Origin: Cyanophora paradoxa CCMP329
Taxonomy: Eukaryota > Plantae > Glaucophyta
Assembly (NCBI GenBank): GCA_004431415.1
Contig: QPMI01000553.1
Span: forward strand, 62,001 to 126,000
Direction of reading: 5' to 3'
DNA length: 64,000 nucleotides
This document shows, piece after piece, positions 23,807 through 38,300 of the stretch. The notes under the pieces were generated by a model. It searched no databases. It worked only from the letters and a program-made list of their open reading frames with translations, and was not told where the DNA came from. How positions within the stretch are numbered: the stretch's first letter is position 1; each line of letters opens with the position of its first letter. The position numbers and the translations under genes are program-made.

Positions 23807-26800
23807 ATGGATAGCTCGTATAACCGGCCCGGGACTCCGGATTCTCCTTATTCGCTCGCTCCAACTGCGCCACGAATGCGGCAGTCGCCGGCCCCCGACA
23901 GCGATCGCGATATGGATCAAGGTGCGATCAAGGTCGAAATCGTCGAGCTCGATCGTTCAGGACAGCAGAAAAAGCGAGCCGCGCATCCGAGCACTTCTTA
24001 TACGTATTCTCCCATCGCCAACCCTGCAGGTGTGCTTGTAATTGACTCAGGCCGCGCGCGGCCGTACGCGTGGATCCGCGCATGCATATGCGCCCTCATC
24101 ATGATCATAAGTACTCACTAGCACTCTCTCTTCTTTCGCAGCACCAGTGCTCTCCGACAAAGACCACGAGCATGCATATGAGCGGAAGCGGGACTACAGC
24201 AGCGCCCCGCTTCCAGAGCCTGCCGCGGGATCTGCGACATATCTCGATGCGTGCGTCCAATCTACAATGATGCCTTATCAAGTTTCACTCGGGCATTAAA
24301 TTACGAGTCCAGGTACATGAGTTTCGCTCGAGCTGCGGAGACAAAGGAGGGCACAAACGCGATCGCTACCGCGAAGACCCTAATCAACGCCATCGAGCAA
24401 CAGGGCCTGAAGGTACGGCTAATCAGCGCTAACGATTGATGCACACACTGGACATTGAGCTTGCGATTCGCGATTGGCCGCAGTGCGGCTACGAGACCGA
24501 TGGAGATGCCGCCTTCCAGAATGCCGTGCACAGGAAGCGCATCTCGGCGGCAATAGAGGGCGCGCAGTGCTTCGTCGTCGTCGCCTCTGTTGGTGCGCCT
24601 GAAAGGCTTCGATCCCGACGGCTGCTCCGCTCTCCTGGCCTGACTAATTCGATCCCCCCTTTTCTTTCCAGACTGGTTCAAATCCAAGTAATTCCTCCCA
24701 TCCCCTCCCCCGCGCGCCTTTCCCTTTGAATTCCCCTTTGCACTCCCCGCTCCATGCCCCCGCCCCCGCCCCCCCCCTCCCCCCCCTCCCCCCCCGCCCA
24801 CCCTCCCCCCCCTCGCCCTCCCTCCCCCCTCGCCCTCCCTCCCCCCCTCGCCCCTCCCTCCTCCTCCTCCCCCCCCTCCCCCCGCGGCCGGCCCCCCACC
24901 CCTCCCGAATCTCCTCGCCCGCCACTCCCCCGCCCCACATAGACTTCGCCCCTTCGAAGTCTAACTCGTTGCAGGCCCTTCGAGACCCCTGATCGCCCTT
25001 TGCTGCGCAGCATGTGCATCACGGAACTGGAACATGCGAAATGGCTTGAGAAAAATATTGCATGCGTCAGCATCAGCAAGCCCGCGGCGGCACTGGCCCA
25101 GGAGGCCAAGGCCGCCGGGGCAGACACAGCGCGCATCGATGCCGCACTGGCGATTCTCCACTCCAACACCGAGTTCACTGTCCCTCGCTTCGAAGGTTCG
25201 AGTTTAATTTGTTGCCTTTTCAAAAGGGCTCTAGGGTTCGAGGTTCGATCGCACGATCTAGGGCTCAAACGCACAACGCAGATAATCACCAGCAATTTAT
25301 GATTGGCGTTGCTGAGCTGGCGGCCGTCATTCGCCCCGAGGGCACTTCCGGTCCGCTGTTTTCGATTTCATTCCGGATCCAGAAATTCCAGAGTTCTGGT
25401 CCACTTAATTCCGTCTCCTCGCAGTTGTCGAGCCCGACGCGCGGACCCCCATTAAAGCTCTAGATGTGCGCGTTTGTGATCATGAGCTGCCCGCCTGCTT
25501 CTGTTTCTCGTCTGACGGAACTCGAAACTTGGCACAGGTCATGGTTTCTTATCGCCGGTCCGTCAAATTCCGCTGCGCCACTAAAATATCGACTGACATC
25601 GAGTCTTGTCATACGAGCAGCAAGAACACGGACGGTGCGTTCTGAAGCTAGAGCTCTTTCCTCGACACCCCCCCTCCACCGCCCTCCACCGCCTCGCCCG
25701 CCCCCACCGCTCCGCCCCCGCCCCTGCCCGCCCCCCCCCCCCCCCCCCCCCCCCGCCCCCCTCCCCTCCCCCTTGCCCCCGGTCCACCGCCCCGCGCACC
25801 CGAACTGCGCTGCGCTGCGCATGCAGCCGCTGCCACCTCACTGAAATCTGTGCTTGCGATATCGATCGCCCATGCCAGAGATGAAGACAGTGTGCAAGAT
25901 TTTGGATAATTTGAACATCTCTCACTGGGTTAGTGCATGTACAATGTCGTAACGTAGTATTCAAGAACCTAACGTTAAGGATCCCTTCTGCAGGTGGACG
26001 TCAACACCGAGAACGGCATCCTTAAAGGGGTGCAGTGGTGCGTGAAGCGAGTAATACAAATTAATTTAAGCGAGTAAAATTAATTGAAGGGAAGTGGCAA
26101 GCCGTATCGTGGACAGTATACGTAGGCCTAGCTATAGGGGATATGCCCGTGCAGGAGATTTAGAAGAAATAAAGGTGTTTTGGAATATATATGAGGTGCG
26201 GAGGAGGGACGGGCCGGGGAGGACAGGGCCCGGGGGGGTGTAGTGGTGCACAAGCCTTGAAGCCTGGCGCACATCCGCCCCTTTCATTCTCGTTCCCTCT
26301 CAGGGGCAAGGCCATCGCGGCTGGAATCAAGGGCGCTTCCGTGGTCCTCGTTCTGTTGTCTCCGGAATGGATCCAGAGCACTTACTGGTACGCTTTCTCT
26401 TCATCTATTCCATCTTATTGTATATATAATTATGACCTGAGCACCGCTGAACGCGCGCAGTATTGATGGTGAGCGCGACACTTTTTGTCAACATTTTATA
26501 ATTAAGAGCAAACAAACAGTTCTTCAGCTTATTTCAAACGTACAGAATTCGACTACGCGTGCGCCCAGCAGAAGCGCATCGTCGTTGTAGAGCTTGCTCC
26601 TGTCGAGGAGCAACACATCACCATACCCCCCGACGCCACCGAGAAGCAGCGGAATTTTAACAGGTGTTTACTTATGCACTATTTCCAGGCTTCGATTCGC
26701 GCTCACAGTCAGTTATACGTAATTTATAATATACAGGCGCCAGCGTATGTGCCTCTCCGCCATCAATACTTGGTAAACTGACATACAACTCACATATTGA

Positions 26801-29800
26801 CGTTTTGCTTGTGCATGCATTACATGCATAATATGTTGACTTTATCACGGGTTTGCAGGCAGAAAGTGGCTTTTCCTCTCTTGGTCGGTCAAACGCCAGA
26901 TACACTCAGCAAGGCCATGCAAGACCTTTCCTTCAAGATGTCTGTCGATGAAATGGAGGACGCGATCCGGGTCTGTTCTTCGAATTCTATCATTTGCACC
27001 CAGTCCTGCTCTTGACTGACGCGTACGTTAACGTCCGCACGCCTCCGGTCCCTCTCCGTGCGATCGCGACTTAGTTTGATGCGGAGAAAGCACGCTTGCA
27101 CACTCAGCTCACGCTCCGCGCCGACAAGTACAAGGAAGGTCCGTTCATGCATGAAAGTGTGATCATGAAAGTCATCGCCAACACTCCAGCGCCTAGCACT
27201 TGGATTCGATGTGTCCGTGCGCTGGCCGGATGCTAAGTCCGTGAAGATCGACAAGGTCTGCGCTTTCTTCAGGCCACATTCACGTCTTCAGTGTGTCCGC
27301 AAATACTTAAGATGAGCGAACAGATCGACAAGAAGCAGCGCGCGAAGGCGGGGGCATTTCTCCTCCATGGTTTCGCGCTGCAGGAGGCACGAAAGTGGGT
27401 GGAGGAAACTGGACACATTACCCCCGCGCACCGCGGTCCGCTCGCGGCAATTCAGGCCGTTTTCGCCGTGAAATCTGTGAGCAAGGATATCATTATAAAT
27501 AATGCGTATATCGCCAGTTGCTGATTGCTTTCTGCAGGTCAAAATTGTGGAAAAGGCCCACGACAAGGGCGCTGAAAAGGCGACGGCGGCACAGAAGTCT
27601 CTTGAGCCAACTCCGGAGCACGTTGTGTGCGTTGCAAATTAAAATCGTCTGCATCCTCCAGTTTGCTGACAGATTTGATAAAAGGCTTGTCAAGCACTCA
27701 ATCGACGCTGCCATGCGCAAGCGCCGGGTTTTTGCCGGCGTTGCAAGCGTCATCGCAGCACGTGCGCTTTTTTCCGTGCACTGGACCTGCCGCGGTGCAA
27801 AGCCTGTCTAATTAACAAGCTTGCAGTTCTCATCGCGCTGACTATTGTGGCTTTTGTGATGCTTGGTGAGCGCTTGTGCGCTGCTCTAGGCCCGCCTTCC
27901 ATTGGCGTGATCATTGCAATGTGCATGCAGTCATCTCGCTCCAGCGACAAGCTGAGGCGGAGGCTGCCACTAAAAGGGCTGAAGACGAGGCCGCGAATGC
28001 GCTCCTGCAGCAAAAGGCGCGTCGGAACATGCATACATGCGCATGATCATGATCGCATTCGCTTCATTTGTCTTCATTCGCTTTCTGACGCCATCGCTGT
28101 GGTCCTGCAGAAAGCGGACGCAGCAGCTTTGAATGCAACGAACTCTGCGAATGAGGCAGAGGTGCAAAGGTTGCGGGCAGTGGACGCGGCAAATGAGGCA
28201 GAGCGACAAAGGCTACTGGCGGTCGATGCCCTCAAGAATGCGACGGAGTCCGCTCGCATAGCTGAAGAGCAACGGCTGAGGGCGGAGGACGCCTCTATTC
28301 AAGCATTAATTGAGAGGAACAACGCTTTAGCTCAAGAGCAGGTGTGCTTCCTGTGCTGCTGCTGCTGCAATCGATATCGATGCTGGATATAATAATGTGC
28401 GCAGCTGGCTGTCGCCGCAAAAATCAATGCTACTCTGGCCGCTCTGGAGGCCCAGCTACAACGCGACATCGCGACGAATGCGTCAATTGCTGCGAACATT
28501 TCGGAAGCGCAAGCAGTTCAGCAAAAAATCGTGCGCTTAACTTCAACCGATTGCAACCTGCACAAAGCTGTTGCTCGCCTCACTGTAGCGACAGATTGCC
28601 GAGGCACAAAGGGCCCTCGCTGTTGCCGCGAGCATCCTTGCCAACGAAAGCGCGATTGCTGCAGAAGTGCAGAGGTCACTGGCAGTGGCAAATGAGCGCG
28701 TGGCACTGGTCGCACGCGCCCAGGCAGAAGCATCCCAGCTGGTCGCTGAAGCTAACCTGAAGGTCGCCTTGATCCGCACAAGGCGCGCATGGCCGTCTTA
28801 TTCTATGCAATTGCGATAATGAATTCGAGCACGAGCTAATATAACATGTCGCGTTTGCAGTATTGCCGCTTCGCTTTCGAGTCAGAGTACAGACCCAGAG
28901 CGAGCAATGCTGTATGCTCTGGAAGCGATAAGCGGCAGCACAAGCTCTGCAAGGGATGCAATGGCCGCAGAGGACACGCTGCGTCAGATTCTCGAGTCGA
29001 GCAATTCCGAGTTTCTCCTGGGAGGACCTGCAACCTCTTCCACCGGACGCCGGCGCCGAGTTCTCGCAGATTCAACTTCGACTGCCGCACCTCTTATATC
29101 CGATTTCGCGGCGACCGGCTTCAAAGATTTCCAGGTATACCTAACATATACACTTCAATTGTGCTCTACGATTGTGAACTTATGCAATGCGTCCTTCACA
29201 GACCTTCTACGCCACTTCGCCTAGCGGAAATTTTACATTAATGGCTGCAATTGGAGTTCTGCCTGTTGAAGTGCCAGTCAATGCAAGCAACGTGAAAGTA
29301 ACAGTTTTCGCGGTGCGTGTTCTTTCAACCGATGTCACTGGTTTAACAAAGTGGCTGAATTGCGCAATCAGGCGCGGATTCTCGTGCATGTTCTGAATGC
29401 GCAGGAGGCAATCGAGTATTCTGTTGAAGATCAGCTGTTGTCTGGTTTGAGCAAAACGACTTTTTGGGCTTTCTACCTCGGATCGACACGCATGTTCGTT
29501 GACGATTTCGGCAATGTTTTCGTTCACGTCCGGTAAATATTGTGCCTCCGATGTCTTGGCAGCACCTTCGATATTCTCGAACGCCCCCGGCAGACGCTTG
29601 GGCCACGAGCCCCTCAAGTGTGAAACTGAGTTCGGGCCGAGCCAGTGGTTCACGTTCGAGGACGAGCGCTTTCGCAGCCTCGACCGCTCGGATGGATCCC
29701 CGATCGGCTGCCTCCCGCCTTCAACCTCTATTCTCGTCATTTATACGAAAGACAACGCCCTTGCCAAGAAGCGCGGGTGCCTCCAGAAGCAAAACGGGCC

Positions 29801-32236
29801 TGCGAATCACCTTCTAGAAGTCCATGACATATTCGTCGGCCACGGATTCGTCGCTGTTCTTGTCGGAGAGTCAACAGCGGGATGGAAAGGTGCATGCACT
29901 TCTTCTCCTGTTCTCAGAAAGATTGATATGCCACTGTCCTTTGCTAGGCTGGGAAGACAAGGACCTGTACACCGAGCAGCAACGGCTGCGAATCAGGGAC
30001 ATCTATGGCTGCTACAGTTGTGAAGAGTGGGCATCGCGAAGCGCCTTGCCCCGCGTTGCGCTTCGAATATTCAACGGGCCGCTGGCTATCCGCAATGTGG
30101 ACCTCTATGCAGGTCCGATTCGCATGTATTCATGATCATGATCATGCAATTGACTATTATATATATATTTTCTGCATGACAGGATACCAACCAAGCAGCC
30201 CCGACCTTTGCGAGTTCTATCCTACGAATTACGAGACGCTCGACCTCGGACCTGATCTCTTCGCAATATCGCGTCTGAGCGCTGATTATCCCTACCCCGC
30301 CGGCTTCGCCTTCTCCCCCAAAACGTGCACGAGCGGTGGCCAGGAGTACTTGGTCGTGGGTGGGGAGGGAATCTTCTGGCTAGGCCCTGTGGACGCGCTG
30401 TCGTCTCGTGTCCTCTCTATCCAGCACAAGACCGATATGATAACCACATTCTCGGTAGACACTTCGAACCTCGAAGTCTTTTATGACCAACGCGGACCAC
30501 AATTTCTCGCTTTCGGGACCTCGGACCTGCTAGTCGATCGGAACTGCTCAACGATCGTGGGTGTTCTCCGGCAAGATGGACGGGGAGTCACCTACGAAAA
30601 CGGCAAGGCGACCGCTGGCTACTCGTGGAACATGCTGTTCAAGATACACTTGCCTTCGGCAATTTCTCCTGGATTGTACACAAACACGACGGTGCAGCGC
30701 AGATCGGCAGACGGATCAATCATATCTGACCGTATGCGAATCATTACCATCGGAGACATAGGCGGCAGAGACGGAAATCTGGCAACTTTGACCTCCTGGG
30801 AGCGAATCAATAATGGAATCCCGTCGCCTGTGCGGTATTCGAACTTCAGCAATCCCAATTTCTCTGACGAAAAGACTGCCCCGGAGAACGCACGCGACCC
30901 AGATCTTGTGCTCGTTGACATCACACATTACGAGCAGACTCCCGGCACGGTGCGTGTCAGCACGATGCAAATGCTCGCTTTTCTTTTCGACTCCAGCTAA
31001 AATCGAACGCTGGCATCGCATAGGAGGACAAGACTTCTTTTAGCGGACTCGGCGCGCTTGTGCTCCGCAGCAGCCTTTCAAGATCAGAGTCATGTGTACG
31101 GCAGCAGCTCGTGTTCGTCGCCCTGCAACCAGAGAACGCGTTTGCGTTTTGGTCAATCGAAGAGCTTGGTTGTGCTTCAGCCTACACTGGCTCCCCCTTG
31201 AACAACCTCCGGCGAAGAAACATAGTGCGTTTTGAAAACCAAGCGCTTTTATTTTCGGCGCGTCGGAACCTGCAATCTCCAGATTGCTTTGCTAGGAGAT
31301 CGATCGGGGAGCCTCGTAGCTGTTGGCCGTGAATCGGGGGACGTCGTCTTGCATGAAATTCGAAGTCCAAGTGACATTCCTCTCAGCTCACAAACCGTGC
31401 GACGCTTGTTCTCCTTGAATCCTCTCGTTCTTTTTAACAGCTTTTCCACGGAAGGTTTCCGTAAAGGTTTTGAGCTCTGGAATCCAAACGCTGGTTCTGA
31501 AAGCGGACGGATCTCAATTGTCGATTGCAGACACCGCAGGCAACTTTGCTCGAATGAAAATTGCGACAGAGAATCTACAGGAAGCTGACCCTGCCCGGCT
31601 GCTGCTCAAGGTAAACTTCGCTCGTTGCAGTAGAGTGGCACATATACACTATCTAAATTTCGCCTTCAATTAATTTCCAGGCCACGACTCTGTATGATGG
31701 GCCTCTTGGCAATTCGTTGAGCGAACTCAATAAAGCGACGCTGAACTCCTTCGTCGCGGAAACATCAGCGAACGACGTATTCGGACCCAACGGAGGCATC
31801 TTTCTGACGAAAAACAACTCGTGTCACTTCATGATTATTGGCCAGCAAAAGACAGTAGTATGGGACGCTGACATGCAGAAAGCGCGCACAATGCTGCAAC
31901 CAACGCAAACACTCTCGGGAAAGAAACTCTTTACAATGCAGCACACGCTTGGCAGACAACAGAGAGGAGAACATGCCATGGCCACAGCTTCTACTGCCGA
32001 TCGGTGTCCGGAATGTAATAATCCCAACTTTAATTTCCGCTGTGCGCCCATGTCTGCGCTCGCAGGAGTGCATCTGTGATCGTTTCAATGCAGGGTTTGG
32101 CGAGCACGGAAAGACTGGCGGATTGATTGCTCTTAACGCGACTGGTGGCGCGCTGTTTACTAGCAGCGCGACAGGCGACGCCCGATGCCTCTCTTCTGCT
32201 ACGCTACAATTACGCAAGACGTGGTATGGAATATTA

Positions 32237-32302
<66 letters not shown>

Positions 32303-35300
32303 CAACTCATTTAATTACCCGCTGGCAGGTCGTGGCGGTCCGGAATCGAAACCCGCCCTTGGCCCGATGGAACGCCGGCCCGGGATTTCCCTTATGGAGG
32401 GGGGCAGCCAGCTGAAAGCTGGTATTCAAACGATGAAAAGCGCCATCTGAAATTCACGGTTTCTCTCACTGATCGTCCAAGTGTGGTAAAGCATGTGTAC
32501 GATAGAGATGACTACAGACGGAAGCTTAATCTCTATGAAGCCGCGGTAGATTCAAACATGTTTACCGTAGAATATCGTCCCTTTTCGTCAAGCCCGTCAT
32601 GCGTGCATCCAGGAGACCCGGTCTGGTGCGCGGAAGAGCTCAGCCGGAACAGCCAAATGGCTCCATTGTATGACTTTCTGGAGCAATGCGACGAGCTTCG
32701 CATGTGCTACGTCGCCTCAAACTTGCAACAGTTCAAACCCACAGACCCTCACTTCTTCCCTCACCCGTCAGAGCCTTATCACCCTATCGCATTTTCGTAC
32801 GGACCGAGCGGAGGCGGGTACGCCGCAATCGCTGGCGTCATCTACGCGCTTGATGATGAGGTTTGTGCAATCGCTAGCATTCCATGTTCCATGTCCAAGA
32901 TCCGCAAATGTGCAGGGTATCCCTATGTCAGACAACGATCAGTCGTGGTCTATTTTCGACAGCAACGCGAGCATCAAGGACCTTTTCACACCAAACATTA
33001 CTGCCGAGTTTTTCAAAAAAAAGGAGGATTGTTTCATTCGGATGGCGGGAGTCCGTTCTCTGCGAGAGAACGATCGGGCGATGGCCGCTCTTCTATACTC
33101 GCTTGACGGACTGGAATCAGAGGGCTGCAGGAAAGTAAAACAACCTTCGTTGCTATATACAAGTTCAAACCAACCTCTCGATGAAGTAGCCACGGACTAT
33201 TTTGTGAACGATTGGCGCCGACGTTCGTACTTTCACGTGTACGATTCGAGTCGCCCCGAATTACTTCGCGATATTTTGAGAGAGAGGCAATCAATGATGG
33301 TGTTTACATGTGCTGTCGAGCGCAGACGTACAACATTCATCTGGATTCAACTATGACGCTTCGCTTTGCTTCTTTTGCTTCAGTTCTTTCGGAGTGCTGT
33401 TCGACAGAAATCCGGATTTCCAAGACTTTGAATATAAGGATCCCTTCTTCGGAAATGACTGTACTGGCTGCTCACGGAATCGCACCATCAGGTAATGCTC
33501 AAAGTCACTCCGCCGATGCTGCTGTTGAGACGCCTTTAATTGGTGGGGCAGCACTGTTCAGAGCGGGCTGGCAGAAGGCCTCGAAACGGTTGTCTTGGCA
33601 TCAGCAAGGAAACTGGCACCTGCTCTTACTGGCGGGGCAAGCGCTTCCCAGCGAAAAATTGTCCTGTACATTGATTGTACATTGCATGGGCAGGTGGAAA
33701 GTTGGGGCCAGCCTCAAGCAATTCGAATCCCAGATGTGGATCCCTCCAATATCAAGAGAAACTTGCGCTCCTGTCGGCGCGTGCTGTATTGGGAAGTGCA
33801 ACAGCTTCTCGTCGTCGACTTGTACGCGCTCAAACAAAATGCTTAAATACCGCAAGCATGCGAAGTATATATACGTTCTTTTTCAACAGGCGCGCTGTCG
33901 TGCTTGTGGTTGAAATTCGAGATGACGGATCATTTGGAGGCTTCATTCAAATTCAACAGGAAACGAGTGCGTCTTCAAATTATGTAATATTTTAAGCAAT
34001 GCCTAAAATCGAAAAGGCATTCCGGTGCCAGGCGTGCTGCTCTCAAACCCGTCGAAAAGCAAAAGATCGATTGTTAAGGATAATCGGAACTTTGACTATG
34101 CGGACTCTACCTACCGAAACGTGAAAACATCCCGCGGTGGGTGCGTTTCTCGGCTTTTTCTTCATTCTCATTTTCGTTTTCAAGCTTCAAACTCTGCAAT
34201 CATCCTCGCAGCTCAGCTTACGGTGCACTGAATTTCTATTAATGTTTAAAATCACCTTACACCTATAGCGGCGCAGCTGACTGCTCTATCTACTTGTCTG
34301 CTGACGAGTCTTCACTGTGGATTGTGGATGCTTTTTCAGCTCGCAGATACAATTCGAAGGCCACATTATGGAGTGCATCGAATTCTGCAAGCAGATTCGC
34401 ATTCGGCAGCTACGCTCCCCGAGCATCGCAGAATGGTGCAAACTGAAATGTTGCATTCGATCTTCACTTTTGCGCATGTTTGTTTTCGAAACCGACTGCT
34501 CATTACAGGGCAGTTTCTGGCGATCTGGAAAACAAAGACGGAACTGCAGATTTTAGATCTTGAAAAGGGATTCAATGCCGATACCCTTGCGAGTCTAGTT
34601 GTTCGGACTGTGCCTATTGATGCGATCTTCGTGGATGCGACTGGGCTTGGATTGCTGCCCGCTGTTCCAATCGTCAGCAATGATGGGTGCGACGATGTCG
34701 ATGATATAAAACTGTCTTCAATATCATGTATATGCACATGCATATGCATGATATGCTAGTACTATATATATGCTGATGTTAAAAACTAGCTATATATATA
34801 GTATGCATGACTTTCTCATCAGAGATCATCTTGCAATTCGCTACAAGAAGTCCGATGGATCATTTGCCGTCAGAGTAATGGCAAGTCTTTGCCTAATGCT
34901 GGCGCAACTTTTGCTTATAATTTGCGATTGGATGGGGTTTGCGCAGGACCTTACCCAAACAGCAATCATCGCTGAGACCTGCTCGCGAGTGAGCCGTACA
35001 CTGGACGACTCGGAGATAGACAGCACTTACGGGAACTCGAACATGTCCAGTTTATCTGCACGAACGTTTTGCAAGCCGTATTTGCCAAGCGCAATCGCAA
35101 CGAACGGGCTGCCAAAACGGTCCAAGGCGGCTCGCCTTCAAACTGCACCTCAAGTTCCTATCTTGCGGCTAGTAAGAACTTCGCGTATTTCAATGACAGC
35201 GTTTGCGTACAGCCCGCACATGCAACCTAGCGATTCTATGCCGACAATGGCGTCGATCGAGTGCAAGCGAAAAGGAGGCGACGTTGTGGTCGTCAAGCAA

Positions 35301-38300
35301 GACAATGTACCTCTGTCGTTGTCTTCGTTCCCATACTTGCGACCGGAATCGAGCCCTTCCGGCGTGGCGCTTCAATTATGTGGTCGCCGTTTCGACTTGG
35401 TGCTCCCATCTGTGTTAGCTGCGCAGTTCGATATTACAGACCTGCAGCCAAACGCTGGACACGAATGCACAGCCACCTTCAGCAACGATGCCGGCACGTC
35501 GCCGACAACTTCGGCCATACTGGAGCAAAGCCTAGACGGAAGTGCAAATGTACTCCCCTACAGGCCTCTAGATATTCGTGCACCTGCTTTCGGTTTCGGA
35601 CTTTTCGACGATGGATACTGGCGCATCAAACCAAAAAACCAGGATTACGTCCCACTTGAGCCATACGACAGCCAGGTCGCGCTGAGCAACATAACAGCAA
35701 GAGCAGATGCATCTTTATTTTCTGGCTGGACGCAGCTCCCCAGCCCATACAGATCGGCGGACTTTGAGGATTTCCTTGGAAGCCAGATGCTTCCCAGCTA
35801 CTCAAGCACATTATTCATCCCAGGCGTTGATTATCCCGTCCCGGTCTCTCTGCCGACGTGCGAACTAAAGCGGCGCTATTGTGAGCTCGCTCATCTTAAT
35901 ACTGAGAAAATCCACACTTGCTGGCTTCCTGGCCTCCCGGAGTGGACCAACGTCACACTTGGCGGAGTTTTGCAAATCTCGAAGTTGTACGTTCGAATTC
36001 AGTCTTGATAGAATCCTATGAATTGATGATTCGCAATATTTATCGCAGGAATATCGAGCAAGGGTGGAATGCGACCCGTATTGAATTTCAAATCAGCGCG
36101 ATTTTCTTTTCAGGAAATAGAACCAACACAACGATTCGTATTGAGGTACGGTCTGATGACGTTGCACGCCGCGCCATGCGCGTTTGCAAATCTGCAGCTG
36201 CGTGCATGCATATGGCTAACCGTGCGCACTTGCACATGAAGTTCGACGGGATTCAAAGCACTGGTCTTTCTAATTGGAGGGACGACGGCCGACAGCGGGA
36301 CGTACTGGCCATATCTAACGCCTCCTTTTCGGGACCCTTCATTTTCAAGACGCACTACACGAACTGGCGCTCTCCACAACTGAAAAACTTCTTAACAGTT
36401 ACGGCTTCAACGTCTCGGCTCATCTCGTGGCACGGCCAGAATGTGCAAGATCTCTCCGGAATCACGATTCACGCTCGGTTCCGCGTAGTGGGTCATCCGA
36501 CAGGACGCAAAATGCTCCGCGATTACCCTACCATTCCGACTTGGGGATGTCCTAAAGCTGTACCATGCTTTGCCGCTTCAAACTGGAAATGGATGAATTC
36601 GAATGAGAAACGAACCTTCGATGCCTTCAATCCCACTGAGCGTCGTAATTTGCATAGGCCTCCGTGGTTCGTGGCCAAGGCCCGAGATTAGCGTAGGTCC
36701 GTGGTCCGGACCGAACTTTTGCACGGTTCGCGATCGTGCAGGTATCTGAAAGCGCCAGCCGGAAGCAAAGTGCTTGTGGAAGTCACATCTTTTGATATGC
36801 CACCCGAATTCTACATCGAGGTGCCTCTCTGGCTAGATCCTGGCTTGATCATGAGCCCAATCAGAGCAACAGGTCCGAGACGGTTTTCTCGAGAACTCTC
36901 CAGTTATGATGAGAGTATTCAGCATTCGAGCCAAATCTGAATATGTCTGGCTACCAACTGCACCAGCTCAAAACGTCAGTACGGGCGACGAGGCTGTCAT
37001 AGAGCTGAAGTACAAGAGCTCCGACTCAGCCAGTCCACAGTCTTTGCCGTATGTTTGGTCAGGCTTTGTGGCGCGTTTTCGAGCTCAAAGTGCGCACACT
37101 TGCATGAACATATATATATACATCTACCAGTCACTGAACGTCGCATTACATGACGCATACTCAGACCCGGCTGAACTAGTGCAATCGGACGCTCACTGCA
37201 AGTCAGCATTGTCTTGCACGCTAACTGCGACATCAGAGCACGCTACCTTCAGCGGGGGGGATCTAATGTCAAATACGAACACCCTTCAGTGGTGAGAGCG
37301 TGTACCGCAACGCATCCGAGATTCGTCTTCTCAAAGCGGGTTCCCCGTTCAGGATTCTTGTCGCGGGAGAGAATCAAGGCATAGAGATTAGTTTCTGGCG
37401 ATTCGACATCGGGCAATCGGATGATGTCTTACAGGTTTGAAACTGTCGTGACCGTGACCGGAACGAAATCCAATGGCGCTAAAAACAATGCCGTGCACTT
37501 GCAGTTATTCGATGGAACTTCGGACAGCTCTCCTTTGCTCGCTTCGCTCAGTTTTTACAATTTGAGTAGAGCGGAAATCATGCCCACGTTCATAGCAAAT
37601 GGATCGGCGTTCATTTCATATACTACCAGCTTTAGTGAGTCAACTCACGATGCTCCCGAGGGCTTTGCAGCTCGATTCAGAGCTGGTGAGCGAATGCAGA
37701 TCACTTAAGCTTACATTTGCGCCCAGTTTCTTGATCACTTACATTCGCGCCCAGTTTCATTGTCGAACGTGACGTACTTAGAGACCAGAATTCCAGCAGC
37801 TACTCGTATCAACATACCTCCTTTGATCGCCACGTGTGCGTTATCCGTTGTATTCTCCGCCAGTATCCGCTGAACAAGCGCTGATCGACGTAACGAGCAG
37901 ACGTTGATGAGGCTGCGTTTTGCGATTCATGGGATCCATGTGAGCTGAATGCAACGACAAGCTTCACCGGACTCCAAGAAGGGCCCATTGACACGAGCTA
38001 CGAAATTAACATCGCACGAGAGTGGTCAGCGTTCTGCGCCCGCTGTACATGTGCAGTGAAAGTCTCAGATTAACTGCTGATTGGATCTCATCAGGAGAAT
38101 CACGGGCCCAGTCGGCTCGACTATTCTAGTAGAGTTTATCACGTTTGAGACGTTCGTGCATTAACGTTTTTCGCACTGATTATCTATGCTACAGCTGCGC
38201 GCTAAACATTTGTACCGCCTCAGGGAGCTTGACGCCGATTTTGTATCGGTGAGTGTGAGTTGCTCTAGAACGTTTTCCGACAAACCGACGATTGGCTCAG

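Noticed and set aside
24750-25800. Poly-proline ORFs from C-rich tracts (also 42410-42600)
   Set aside because: The tracts lie between GT donors and AG acceptors, so they are intronic low-complexity sequence.
26600-27700. STAND/NACHT NTPase between the TIRs and TM (an NLR-like protein)
   Set aside because: No Walker A/B motif found, and the region is too short for an NTPase domain.
31765-32450. ORFs containing YIYIYI repeats
   Set aside because: Translation of an intronic (TA)n microsatellite.
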